Shown in pieces: positions 35,929 to 45,385 of a stretch of DNA of 64,000 bases (position 1 is its first letter; each line of letters starts with the position of its first letter). The notes beneath the pieces are model-generated. The model saw nothing but the letters and a program-made list of their open reading frames with translations, was not told the origin of the DNA and did no database searches. Source of the DNA: a virus; the IMG/VR virus record IMGVR_UViG_3300025929_000013, positions 44,848 through 108,847 of that record; one strand, 5' to 3'. A program made the translations under genes and the position numbers.

Positions 35929-38900
35929 TCACAGTCCCACCGCCATCTGCTTGATCCGCGGGTCGTTCGCGATCGCGGTGACGAACTGGTTCGCGGCGGC
36001 ATTCGCGGCCTGTGCGGTGGCGTTCGGGATGGTGACCTGCACGCTGCCGGGCGCGAACTGCAACACGACCCCGCCCGCTGATTTCCCGCCGCCGGTGCCG
36101 GGGGAGTAGAGGCTGTTTTTCAGCAGCTCGTCGCGAATCGTGCTGGCGGGGTCGGCGGGCACCACCATCTCGCCCTTGTGCAGTGCGGCGGTCTGGTCTT
36201 CCGGTACTGACCAGGCCCCGCTCTTGTATCCGACATAGCCGCGCCCCGCGTTGACGGCGACCACCCCGGGCACTTTGTCCAGGCTGCCGTAGCGGGCGAT
36301 GGCGTATTTGGCGCCCGCGATGATGTTGTCGACCGGGTTCCAAATATCCGTATGTCCGGCCATGGCGTAGCTCTTGAACGTCGAGGGGATCGTCTGCATG
36401 ATCCCCTCGCTCGGGTGCCCCGCCATGGCGTTGCTGTCCGTCAAGTTGATGGACCAGGGGTCGCCGCCGCTCTCGTGCTGGGCGATGATGTTGATGTCGC
36501 TCGCGTCCGAGGTCGGCAGCCCGGCGATCGCGAGGGCGGTGTTGATCCAGGAGGCCAGGGTGCCCGGCGGTTTGGCGCCGGTGGGGACGGCGTAGCTGTG
36601 CCCGAACTTGTCGGTCACCTTCCCGTTCACGGCGCCGGGTCCGAGGTTCGCGCCGGATTGCGGGTCGACGTTGTTCGTGCCCGCGGAGTTGTTCTGGGTC
36701 TTGGTCGGCGGCGCGTACTTACCCGACAGGGCGGTCGAGAGGGCGTCGACCTCGTTGATCGAGCCGTTGGGGCCGACCAGCTGTGGGGCCGCGGTGCCGG
36801 TGGCGCCGTTGCCGCCGGTGGCCGCCGCGTTCTGCCCGGCGCTGTCGCCGCCCCCGCCCACCACCCGCCGCATGGTGGGGAACTCCTTGGGCGAATAGGC
36901 GCGCCGGTTGACGTTCACCCCCGAGTGTGGGGCTTCGACCAGCATCCCGCCCCCGACGCACATGGCGACATGGCCGGGTTCCGGGAACATCAGGTCGCCG
37001 GGTGCCTCGGCGCCGGGGGTGACCGGGGAGCCGATGGTCATCTGCGCCTGGCTGGTGCGCGGGATCGAGACCCCGCCGCTCTTGTACGCCGCCTGCGTCA
37101 GGCCCGAGCAGTCATAAGCGTCCGGCCCTGTGGCGCCCCACTGATACGGCTTGCCGACCTGCGCGAGGACGAAGGACACGGCGGCGCGCGCGGCACCGGC
37201 GCCCGCGGTGGATGCGCCCTTGGCCGGGGTCACCCCGCTGGGGGCGCCGCCGACGGGCGTGCTGGTCGACGCGCCGGAACCCAGCCCGTAGGTGGTGATG
37301 CCCGGGTTCAGTCCGTTGCTGGTGTTCAGGGGGTTGGTCTGGGCGGTACTGAACGCCTGGGGGTTGGTCGGGGTGTTGACACGGTCCTTGTGCCAGTCCC
37401 ACAGCGACTGGGCCAGGCCGACCGTGCCACCGATGACGCCGCCGACCACGGTGCCTTCGGGTCCGAACATCGACCCGATCAGCGCCCCGGACCCGGCCAT
37501 GCCCGCGATGTTGACCCCGGTGCGCGCCAGTTCGCGGCCGTTGCTTGCGCCCGGCCCGGCGTGGGAGATGCCCTGCGCGAGCTGCCCGGTGGCGTATGCA
37601 CCGCCGAGTCCGGCCCCGATGACGCCGAGCGCGCCGAGCCCGGCCGCGCCCTCGGACAGGCCCATCATCCCGAAGCGGCTGGCGAAGGTGTCGCCCATGC
37701 CCTGGAACAAACCCCCGGCGCCGAGCCGTCCCAGGCCCCCGCGCAGGAACCCTGCCCCGCCGCGCCACGCCGCTCCTCCGAGCGCCAGGCCGCCGAGCTG
37801 GGTGGCCGTGCCCGCGACCCCGCCGAGGATGCCCCCCACGCCCCCGCCGCCACCGCCCAGGCGCCCGGCGGTGTAACCGCCCGACAGGGCTCCTAGGCCG
37901 TTGGTGAACCCGGGGAACGTGGACGCGAAACCCCCCGCGGTGGCCAAACCGGAACCCACGCCGGTGTCGTTCAGGATCGTGCTCAGGGCCTGGTTGAAGG
38001 AGTTCAGGAGGTTGACCGAGTCCTGGAGCGAGGAGTTGAAGTCACCGTACTGATCAGCGGTGCGCCCGGCCTTGGTCGCCTGGAGGTTCTTGATGTCCTG
38101 CACGGTGGTGGCGCCCATGCCGTACTGCGAGAGCTGCGACATCGCGCCCTTGTCGCCGCGCGACGCCTTGGTCATCAGGTCGTTGAGCTGCCCGGGGGTG
38201 GCGCCCTTGCCGATCGCGGTGTTGTACTGCTGCAAATAGCCGGTCAGCATCTGGGTCGTGCCCGGCGCCCACCCCGCCTGCGCCCCCAGGTAGCTCAGGT
38301 TGGCGTTGAGCGACCCGCCGGGGCCCAGGGCGGCGGCCAGGGTGCCGGGGGACACCGACTTCTGGCCGCGGAAGGTGCGCGAGAAGACGTTCTGCGCCAG
38401 GGCGAGGGGGTCGGCCTGCACGCCGCCCGCGCCGATCGGCTGCTGGTAGCCCAGTTGCAGCGCGGCCATGTTCGAGCGCGGCGAGTAGATCGACGCGAGG
38501 GAGGTGGCGACCTGCGTCTGCGACATGTAGGGGTTGGCGTAACCCATCTTGTACATGCCGGACTGCGCGGTGAACCACGCCTTGTTCGCGGTGCCGTCGG
38601 TGTTCTGCATCGTCGCGCCCGAGTAGTAGTTCAGGATCGACGCGGCGCTCGCGGCGTCGCCGATGCTGGACGCGGTGACGTTGAGGTTCGTGCCCGAGGT
38701 GCCGTAGATCGCGGACACCGCGCGCTGGGCGGTTGCGGCGTAGCCCCCGGGGCCGATCCCGGAGTTGAGGACCCCCTGGTAGGCGGCGCGGTCCATGGTC
38801 AGGATGTTGGGCGTGGTGCGCTGGGCGTACCCGGTCAGCATGTGGAAGCCGCCGGTGACCGCCATGCCCGCGGCCATGCCGCGCATCGACGGCCCGCCGT

Positions 38901-39264
38901 CGCCCCCGCCGTTGCCGCCCCCGGGCTGTCCGCCGCCCAGGCGGTAGCCGATGTTCTCGAAGACGTTGCCCATGGTGCGCATGGGCTGCCCGCTGGGGGC
39001 GCGCGGCGCATAGCCCCCGCCGGTCGCGCCGGAGGACGGGTTGGTCGCGCGCACCCCGGAGGAGGACGCGGAGGAGGAGGCGCGCCGGTAGTCGGCCATG
39101 GCGTCGGTGATCAGGCCGCCCAGTCCCCGGAGGAACCCGGAGAAGCTGCGGTCGGCCTGGTCCACGGTGCGCTGGAAGTTGTTGCTGCCCGCGCCCACCG
39201 CGTTCGCCGCGACCGGTGCCTCGGGGGTCAGGCGCGGGTCGGGGACGATCGGCTGCTCGCTCAC
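35929..39264 (-). CDS. tape measure protein with NlpC/P60 and SLT transglycosylase domains
   Basis: Gly/Ala-rich; GKPYQWGATGPDAYDCSGL...GHV (NlpC/P60); HESGGDP...GIMQ...NPVDNI (SLT); LHKGEMV. Confidence 0.9.
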   Translation of the reverse strand: MSEQPIVPDPRLTPEAPVAANAVGAGSNNFQRTVDQADRSFSGFLRGLGGLITDAMADYRRASSSASSSGVRATNPSSGATGGGYAPRAPSGQPMRTMGNVFENIGYRLGGGQPGGGNGGGDGGPSMRGMAAGMAVTGGFHMLTGYAQRTTPNILTMDRAAYQGVLNSGIGPGGYAATAQRAVSAIYGTSGTNLNVTASSIGDAASAASILNYYSGATMQNTDGTANKAWFTAQSGMYKMGYANPYMSQTQVATSLASIYSPRSNMAALQLGYQQPIGAGGVQADPLALAQNVFSRTFRGQKSVSPGTLAAALGPGGSLNANLSYLGAQAGWAPGTTQMLTGYLQQYNTAIGKGATPGQLNDLMTKASRGDKGAMSQLSQYGMGATTVQDIKNLQATKAGRTADQYGDFNSSLQDSVNLLNSFNQALSTILNDTGVGSGLATAGGFASTFPGFTNGLGALSGGYTAGRLGGGGGGVGGILGGVAGTATQLGGLALGGAAWRGGAGFLRGGLGRLGAGGLFQGMGDTFASRFGMMGLSEGAAGLGALGVIGAGLGGAYATGQLAQGISHAGPGASNGRELARTGVNIAGMAGSGALIGSMFGPEGTVVGGVIGGTVGLAQSLWDWHKDRVNTPTNPQAFSTAQTNPLNTSNGLNPGITTYGLGSGASTSTPVGGAPSGVTPAKGASTAGAGAARAAVSFVLAQVGKPYQWGATGPDAYDCSGLTQAAYKSGGVSIPRTSQAQMTIGSPVTPGAEAPGDLMFPEPGHVAMCVGGGMLVEAPHSGVNVNRRAYSPKEFPTMRRVVGGGGDSAGQNAAATGGNGATGTAAPQLVGPNGSINEVDALSTALSGKYAPPTKTQNNSAGTNNVDPQSGANLGPGAVNGKVTDKFGHSYAVPTGAKPPGTLASWINTALAIAGLPTSDASDINIIAQHESGGDPWSINLTDSNAMAGHPSEGIMQTIPSTFKSYAMAGHTDIWNPVDNIIAGAKYAIARYGSLDKVPGVVAVNAGRGYVGYKSGAWSVPEDQTAALHKGEMVVPADPASTIRDELLKNSLYSPGTGGGKSAGGVVLQFAPGSVQVTIPNATAQAANAAANQFVTAIANDPRIKQMAVGL

Positions 39265-39422
39265 GACGCGCTCGCCCTCCTTTCGGCGTCGTACCTGGCC
39301 AGGGACATCCAGTAGCGGCGCTCACGCGCGGTGAGCGCCTTGATCTCCGTCAGCGTCCAGCCCGGGTGGACCCGGGCGAGGATCGAGGTGGTGCGGTAGA
39401 CCTCTGCCACCGAGCTAGATGC
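39261..39422 (-). CDS. tail chaperone C-terminal segment (frameshift extension, or small ORF from GTG 39410)
   Basis: HPGWTLTEIKALTARERRYW in the +1 frame relative to the upstream chaperone. Confidence 0.7.
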   Translation of the reverse strand, partial: ASSSVAEVYRTTSILARVHPGWTLTEIKALTARERRYWMSLARYDAERRASAS

Positions 39423-40263
39423 GAAACAGATCGCCCGCGGAGACGGGGACGGCAACCTCCTGTCCGCACTCCTGGTGCGTCATGGTGATCTCGTCGTAGC
39501 GGGGCCCGTAGGTGTTCTCGGTGACCGCGTCCAGCAGGGCCTTGCGATCCGCCAGGCCGAGCGAGCGCGCCAGGGCCATCGACCCGGACACCGCGCTCTT
39601 GCCGGGCAGCTCGCAGGACACGATCACCCGCGAGAGCAGCAGCGTGTTCTGCTCCGGCACGGTCAGCTCGCGCCCGTCGAACTCCATCTGGTCGTGGCCG
39701 GTGGGCTGGCGCAGCTGCGCGTGCCCGCCGCCGCGCAGCTCGACCTCGAACACCCGGCACACCGGGTCCTCGGGGCCTTTGATCTCCACCTGGCCCAGGT
39801 GCACCGTCAGGTCCGAGAGCGCGCTGCACTGCGGGCAGCGAAAGCGCGGTACTGAGAGCGTGTCGCCGTAGGTCGCCATCCGGATCGCCAGCAGCAGGGT
39901 GTCGCGGTCCGCGGCTGTGAGCTCGCGCAGCAGCTCCTTGGTCGCCGGGGTGTCGCCGATCTCGACGGTGCCGAGCGAGACGACGGTGTCCATCCAGCGC
40001 AGGTAGCTGCCCGAGACCCTGGCCAGGGCCTCGTCGTCCGCGCCCGTCAGCTCCCGCACCCGCGCGGTGCGCAGCGCCCGCCCGTCCTGCAAGCGCCCGA
40101 AGGGCAGGCGCACGGTGGTGTCCGGCGGCGCCGCGAGCTCCGGCTCGGTGGCCGGGCCGAACGCGCTCTCGATCGCCGCCGCGATGCCGCCGGGGTTCTC
40201 GCTCGCCTTGAAGGCGGTGGCCTGCCCCCCGAAGGCGTCGAAACTCCCGCGGTCGTAGTCCAT
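39415..40263 (-). CDS. tail assembly chaperone / baseplate hub assembly protein
   Basis: VRELTGADDE, DRDTLLLAIRMATYG, CPQC; between tube and tape measure. Confidence 0.8.
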   Translation of the reverse strand: MDYDRGSFDAFGGQATAFKASENPGGIAAAIESAFGPATEPELAAPPDTTVRLPFGRLQDGRALRTARVRELTGADDEALARVSGSYLRWMDTVVSLGTVEIGDTPATKELLRELTAADRDTLLLAIRMATYGDTLSVPRFRCPQCSALSDLTVHLGQVEIKGPEDPVCRVFEVELRGGGHAQLRQPTGHDQMEFDGRELTVPEQNTLLLSRVIVSCELPGKSAVSGSMALARSLGLADRKALLDAVTENTYGPRYDEITMTHQECGQEVAVPVSAGDLFRI

Positions 40264-40283
40264 GTCGGTTCCCTTGTTCTAGG

Positions 40284-40871
40284 TCAGTTGGGCGGCGCGA
40301 CGGAGTCACCGGATCCGGGCTTCTGGGCGAAGTTGACGTCCCACCCCTCATGGGCGAGTGTCATCTGGCTGACAAGGAACCCGTTCCCTGCCGCGTCAAG
40401 GTCCGTAAATGAAACCTGTGTTGGCCAAGCGTTGTATACGCGGAAAGCGGCCTTGACCGTGACGTTCGCCGCGGTGACCGGGTGGTCCAGCACGAGGATG
40501 TCGATGTTCGAGCGGAAGTCCTGGTCGTTGGTCCAGTTGCCGGTGCCCTGCTGAACCAGGAACAGGGCCTTGATCCAGTCGAGCGCCGGGGCGTCCCCGA
40601 GGATCACGCCTTTCTGCAACACCAACGGCCCAAAATCGCTCTGACCTGGCATCTTTTGCGTAGTCACGTTATACGCACCTTGACGGTAAGCAATGATGTC
40701 CGTCTGCATCCCGAGCCCGGACACGCTCATGAAGCCGATCGGAACCGGCGTCGCGCTGCCCCCTGAACCGAAGACAGGGTGGTTAATTATGACGTGGAAT
40801 TTAAAATTCCGAAGCGGGTCGCTAGCGTAATTCGCGAAGGACGGCGACTGGGTGACCGTGCTGGTGGCCAT
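40284..40871 (-). CDS. tail tube protein (T4 gp19-like)
   Basis: DPLRNFKF, GFMSVSGL, YRQG, KMPGQ, NAWP, LAHEGW. Confidence 0.92.
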   Translation of the reverse strand: MATSTVTQSPSFANYASDPLRNFKFHVIINHPVFGSGGSATPVPIGFMSVSGLGMQTDIIAYRQGAYNVTTQKMPGQSDFGPLVLQKGVILGDAPALDWIKALFLVQQGTGNWTNDQDFRSNIDILVLDHPVTAANVTVKAAFRVYNAWPTQVSFTDLDAAGNGFLVSQMTLAHEGWDVNFAQKPGSGDSVAPPN

Positions 40872-40920
40872 CTGCTCCCCCTCTCGGGGATCATGCGACG
40901 ATCAGGGACCGAGGGGGTTG

Positions 40921-42456
40921 TCATGCCAGGTTGGAGGCGACCTGGGTCGTGCTGTCGAAGAGGCCGATCGAGATCACGACGTACTCCGCCGGATTCGAGA
41001 GGGCAACGCCGACCGAGACGTTGACCTGCCCGACCGAGCTGGTCGCCGGGGTGTTGTTGGTCTGGTCGCACACCACCCAGTACGCCGTGCTGGCCTGGGT
41101 GGAGGCGAAGTAGCCCGCCTGCATCAAGGCACTGAGCTGCTGGTTCACCACCGAGTTGATCTTGCCCCACAGGATGTAGTTGTTGGGCTGGGCGATCGCG
41201 AATTGCAGGGAGCGCTTGAACAGGTTCTCGATGTACATCAGGGTGCGGCGCACCGAGATGTAGCGGCTCGGCATCCCATAAGCCAGTGTACGTACACCCA
41301 TGATGCAGTAGCCGTACTGGGGGACCTGGCGGATGATGTTGATGCCGTCGGTGTTGAGGGTGTCCAGGTCCGCCGCGGCGAACACGGTGTCCACGCTCAC
41401 GGTGTTGGCCAGCGCCGTGGTCACCCCGCCCGGCGAGAGATAGGTCCCCTTGGCGGCGTCCGCGGCGGCGAACTGCCCGAGCACCGCTCCGCCCGGCGGC
41501 AGCGTGCGCACCGCGCCCACGGCCAGGGAGCTGGGGTCGTTGACCACGAGCCAGGGCCCGTACGCCGCGGCGTAGGAGGTCTGGGTGAACGGGGTGCCGG
41601 ACCCCGCGTTCGGGGCCAGCGCCTCGTAGGCGGCCACCGTCGCCGAGTAGGTGGAGCTGGCCTGCGGCATGTCCACGACCAGGAACACGTTGCCCTGCGC
41701 CGCCGCCCAGGAGGTCAGCGAGTTGATCGTCGCCGCGGTACTGATGCCGGGCAGGTTCAGGTTGATGATGCCCTGCACGCTGGCCAGCTGTTCGGCCGCC
41801 GTGACCAGGTTCGGGGTCGCGACCCCGTCCGCGCCGGAGGCGAGGGGGGTGTTGGCCTGCACCGCGGGGGTCTGCGCCGTGGTCCACGGGCTCACGCTGG
41901 AGGTGTAGGCCATTGTGATCGTCTGCGACCCGGAGACCGGCGAGTTGATCAGGGGGATGATGTAGCGGGGGTCGGCCGGGTTGAAGGTGACCGCGGTGTA
42001 GCGCTCCACGACGTTGCCCGTGGTCCCGACCGCGACGCTCATGTCGAAGAACCCGCTCGACGCCGCGCCGGAGGCCGTGATGGAGATCCAGATGTTGTTG
42101 CTGGAGACCCCCACCGACTTGGCGGTGATGGTCACCAGCGACGCCGGGGTGCCCTGCTGGTCCATCAGCGTGACGTGCCCGGCGACCGCGTCCGACGCGG
42201 TGGCGCGCACGATCCAGCAGCCGTTCCCGCCATTGGTGAAATATTGATACACGGCGAAGGGCAGCAGGTCGATACCGTTGCCGAACCCGCCGTACGCGGC
42301 GGAGTACTGACCCCAGGAGGTCACCAGCTGCGGGGTGCTGGGGCCGTAGGTGCAGGTGCCGCAGAAGGCCGCGAGCGCGGCGCCGCTGTCCTCCACGCCC
42401 GCCGGAAGCGGGGTGAGGGTCTCCTGGATGTAAACCCCGGGACGACCGAGGGCCAT
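40921..42456 (-). CDS. contractile tail sheath protein
   Basis: RPGVYIQE, YFTNGG, YGPWL, PPGG, GVRTL, YISVRR, PAEYVVI. Confidence 0.95.
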   Translation of the reverse strand: MALGRPGVYIQETLTPLPAGVEDSGAALAAFCGTCTYGPSTPQLVTSWGQYSAAYGGFGNGIDLLPFAVYQYFTNGGNGCWIVRATASDAVAGHVTLMDQQGTPASLVTITAKSVGVSSNNIWISITASGAASSGFFDMSVAVGTTGNVVERYTAVTFNPADPRYIIPLINSPVSGSQTITMAYTSSVSPWTTAQTPAVQANTPLASGADGVATPNLVTAAEQLASVQGIINLNLPGISTAATINSLTSWAAAQGNVFLVVDMPQASSTYSATVAAYEALAPNAGSGTPFTQTSYAAAYGPWLVVNDPSSLAVGAVRTLPPGGAVLGQFAAADAAKGTYLSPGGVTTALANTVSVDTVFAAADLDTLNTDGINIIRQVPQYGYCIMGVRTLAYGMPSRYISVRRTLMYIENLFKRSLQFAIAQPNNYILWGKINSVVNQQLSALMQAGYFASTQASTAYWVVCDQTNNTPATSSVGQVNVSVGVALSNPAEYVVISIGLFDSTTQVASNLA

Positions 42457-42466
42457 GGTGGTGCTC

Positions 42467-43081
42467 CTACTCTGGGCTCGCCCCGATGGGCTCGACGGTC
42501 AGGTTCAGGTCGGTCGCCGGGACGGGAGTGTCGATCGGGGCCCAGAGCAGCTCGGCGACGGTGCGGATGCGCCAGACCGCGCGCAGCAGGCGCTTGCCCT
42601 GCTCGTCGCGCACGGCGTCGGTGTCGGGGCCGCCTACGACATCCAGGCGGCGCACCGTGTTGTCCTGCGGAACGACCAGGTAGCCGTAGCGCGGAGGCAG
42701 GAGATCGAAGGTGGTCAGCTGCGCGAGCAGCGCGGTGAGATGCAGCGCCTTGCGACACAGCAGGGTGACCGAGTAGTCCAAGAACATGGGGATCGGGAAC
42801 TCGCTCCAGTAGGGCGAGGCCGCCATCCCCGGCGCCCCGGGGTAGGAGCGGTAGCCCTCGGGGACGTAGGGGATCTGGATGTACCCGGTGTGCGCCCGCG
42901 CCGGATCGAAGACCTCGTCGACCCGGTCCAGGATGATCAGTGGGAAGCTCTGGTCGGCGTATGCGTTCTCCGGCGCGCGGTAGCGCACGGTGACCGGGCG
43001 CGCGTCGTCGTTGACGTCGGCGACCGTCAGGCCCTGGAGCTTGGCCTTGACCGCCATGTCCTCGTTGCGGAACAGGGGCAT
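42467..43081 (-). CDS. tail completion/terminator-like protein
   Basis: ATG 43081 (MPLFRNED); immediately upstream of the sheath. Confidence 0.65.
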   Translation of the reverse strand: MPLFRNEDMAVKAKLQGLTVADVNDDARPVTVRYRAPENAYADQSFPLIILDRVDEVFDPARAHTGYIQIPYVPEGYRSYPGAPGMAASPYWSEFPIPMFLDYSVTLLCRKALHLTALLAQLTTFDLLPPRYGYLVVPQDNTVRRLDVVGGPDTDAVRDEQGKRLLRAVWRIRTVAELLWAPIDTPVPATDLNLTVEPIGASPE

Positions 43082-43119
43082 CAGCGCCGCCCGACTCGAA
43101 GGCGCGCGCGTGCGAACAT
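43081..43119 (-). CDS. 12-aa minigene MFARARLRVGRR
   Basis: GAAGGAGG SD 5 nt upstream; TGATG overlap with the next gene. Confidence 0.4.
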   Translation of the reverse strand: MFARARLRVGRR

Positions 43120-43218
43120 GGCGGCCTCCTTCAGGCGTATAGGCGGTTGTCCTGCGCACTTCCAGGATCCGCTGTATACGTGAAGGAGTGTTAGATGCTG
43201 TACATAGAGGGAGGCATG

Positions 43219-43258
43219 AAAAAGAGGGCGGCCCCCGCTCCAACAGGGACCGCCCTCT
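43219..43258 (-). terminator. rho-independent terminator
   Basis: GAGGGCGGTCCC...GGGGCCGCCCTC stem followed by TTTTT. Confidence 0.85.
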
Positions 43259-43315
43259 ACGCCCGGTGCGTGCCCGACAACGCCACCGTCTCCTCGGCGA
43301 TCACCCTACCAGCGT

Positions 43316-43849
43316 CTAGGACCCCAGGGCGTTCGGGTCGATCGCGTACGGCGCGAACTGCGCGTCGTCGACCAGCTCGTCCGCCTTGAGCTGGGTTCCC
43401 TCGATCTGGAGGATCAGGTCGGCGCGGCGGATCTGGCCCAGCGCCGTCATCCTCTCGATACGGAAGACCTTCTCGTCGTACACGATCCTGTCGCGCAGAT
43501 ACGCGTTGGTGCGCACGTCGGTACGGGTGAGGCCCACCCGGGCCATCTGCCGCCAGCCCGCGGTGACCGCGAGGGTGTCGTTGGTGTAGAAGCCCTGGGT
43601 TCCCCCGGCGCGGTCGTCGCCCTGAAGATGCACCACATGCAGCACCGGCACCGAGAACGGGCCGTGGAAGACGCGCCCCACGCCGGTGCCCTCGTCGTAG
43701 ACGGGGTCCTCCACCGACAGCTCGTGGTGGAAGCGGTAGTAGTCGACGCTGTCCCCGGCGACGCTCTGGTAGCCGCGCAGCCCCTTCTCGATCGAGCGCG
43801 TCTCGGCGCCGACGGTGAACCGGCCGCGCTTGAAGTCGAGGCGCCCCAT
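43316..43849 (-). CDS. head-tail connector/neck protein
   Basis: ATG 43849; DPVYDEG...DRIVYD; position between capsid and tail genes. Confidence 0.65.
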   Translation of the reverse strand: MGRLDFKRGRFTVGAETRSIEKGLRGYQSVAGDSVDYYRFHHELSVEDPVYDEGTGVGRVFHGPFSVPVLHVVHLQGDDRAGGTQGFYTNDTLAVTAGWRQMARVGLTRTDVRTNAYLRDRIVYDEKVFRIERMTALGQIRRADLILQIEGTQLKADELVDDAQFAPYAIDPNALGS

Positions 43850-44676
43850 CACCACCACCCGCCCGCGGTGCCGGGATCGGGGATGTCGCTGGTGTCGTCG
43901 TCGCGGTGGTCGACCTCCGGCAGCAGCCGCTGCGGCAGCGAGTAGTCGTCGTACTCGCGCTCCTTGTACAGGGGGATGAGTCGGCCGGTGGTGCGCGAGA
44001 CACGGCGCAGGTTGCCCATCTCGATGCGGTAAAAACCCACGTTGAGCTGCTCGCACAGCTCTTTGTACCGGGCGGAGACCGCGTCGATCATGCTCATCAG
44101 TTGCGCGAAGCGCTGGCCGCGGTGCACCTGCGTGCCCTCGGCGGTACTGATGTCGATGTCCGAGCTGGCGTCGGTGGCCATCGCCCACAACGCGTTCACG
44201 GTCGCCAGCAGGGACAGCGGCAGCATCTCGATCTCGGGCAGCGTGGCCAGCGTCATCGGGGTCTCCACATAGTGGATGAACCCGTTGCTGTCGCGGTTGC
44301 GGGAGGTCAGGCGACGGTCCTTGCAGTGCATGAGCACCGCTTCGTCCACGAAGACTTCAAGCTCCGCGTCGCTGAACATCCCGGTCGCGGTGCCGGTGAC
44401 GATGAGGGTCGCGTTGTCCGGCAGCGGGTTGTAGGCGCCCAGCAGCAGGACGCGCCCCTCCTCTTGCAGCAGGTTGTAGTCGCGGTCCTGGACCAGGGTC
44501 GTGGTCACCCCGCCCAGGACGTAGGTGACCTGGGCCTGCGCGATCGAGGACTCGCTCAGGTCGAATTCGCCGACCTCGCCGACGCCGCCGAAGGAGTCGC
44601 GAAACGGCGTGGGAAGGTCCCCGAGCTCCGCGCGGACCCGGGCGATGACGTCCTGAAGGGGTACCGGGCCGCTCAC
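43849..44676 (-). CDS. head-to-tail adaptor-like protein
   Basis: RVRAELGD, FSDAEL; position after the capsid. Confidence 0.65.
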   Translation of the reverse strand: MSGPVPLQDVIARVRAELGDLPTPFRDSFGGVGEVGEFDLSESSIAQAQVTYVLGGVTTTLVQDRDYNLLQEEGRVLLLGAYNPLPDNATLIVTGTATGMFSDAELEVFVDEAVLMHCKDRRLTSRNRDSNGFIHYVETPMTLATLPEIEMLPLSLLATVNALWAMATDASSDIDISTAEGTQVHRGQRFAQLMSMIDAVSARYKELCEQLNVGFYRIEMGNLRRVSRTTGRLIPLYKEREYDDYSLPQRLLPEVDHRDDDTSDIPDPGTAGGWW

Positions 44677-44686
44677 CTAAGTCACC

Positions 44687-45127
44687 TCATGCCAGGCTCA
44701 TCGTCAAGGCGTTCGCGGCCAGCTGGAGCGAGTCGTTCTGTGCCGCGGCCCCGGGGGTGTCCAGCGTCCAGAGCATCAGGGGGATGCCGGAGGTGCCGGT
44801 GGACACGGTCACCAGGGCGCACATGGTCGCGGCCGGTCCGATGCCCAGGGCGCCGGTGAACGGGCCGAACAGCACCGGCGAGGAGTTCGCGACCTGATAC
44901 GTCCCGGAGCTCAGCGCAGCGGCGGCGAAGGTGACGCTCTGGCGTGCGTATCCGGCGGCGGACACCTCGTTGTAGGTGGGCAGCGAGGACGGGTCGGACG
45001 GGGACGCGGTCAGCAGCATCAGGTACACCGTGCGCGACGGCGCGGAGACCACCAGCGTGGTCGCCATCGAGCCGTCCAGGTAATCGAGGCAGTACGCCGC
45101 CCCGATCGGGGTGAAGTTGCCGCTCAC
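44687..45127 (-). CDS. virion structural protein (beta-rich)
   Basis: VYLMLLTA.P...EVSAAGYARQSVTF motif. Confidence 0.7.
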   Translation of the reverse strand: MSGNFTPIGAAYCLDYLDGSMATTLVVSAPSRTVYLMLLTASPSDPSSLPTYNEVSAAGYARQSVTFAAAALSSGTYQVANSSPVLFGPFTGALGIGPAATMCALVTVSTGTSGIPLMLWTLDTPGAAAQNDSLQLAANALTMSLA

Positions 45128-45139
45128 CGCGTCCCCCTC

Positions 45140-45385
45140 CTACTTCTGCTGCGGATGCGCGGCGGCGCGCACGAAGGCGTCCTTGGCTTCCAGGAGCTTG
45201 TGCAGCCCGGTGGTGAGCATCGGGCCGTCGAGCTTCTCGGCCATCTCGTGCGCCAGGTCGTGGACCTTCTTGGAGATCGCCGCCAGGTGCTCGGGCAGGT
45301 GGTCGAAGGAGAAGTGCCTCAGCACCTCGGCGACCGCCGGGTGGTGTTGCGGCGCGGGAGCGGCGGGCTCGGCCGGGGTGGTCAC
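45140..45385 (-). CDS. small helical-hairpin protein (candidate nucleotide sponge / anti-defence)
   Basis: GTG 45385; HFSFDHLPEHL..ISK...GP..TTGLHKLLEAKDAFVRAA. Confidence 0.7.
   Translation of the reverse strand: MTTPAEPAAPAPQHHPAVAEVLRHFSFDHLPEHLAAISKKVHDLAHEMAEKLDGPMLTTGLHKLLEAKDAFVRAAAHPQQK

Noticed and set aside
25958-43081. eCIS/tailocin or type VI-like locus
   Set aside because: Contiguous with capsid, scaffold, portal, terminase and replication genes, so it is a phage tail
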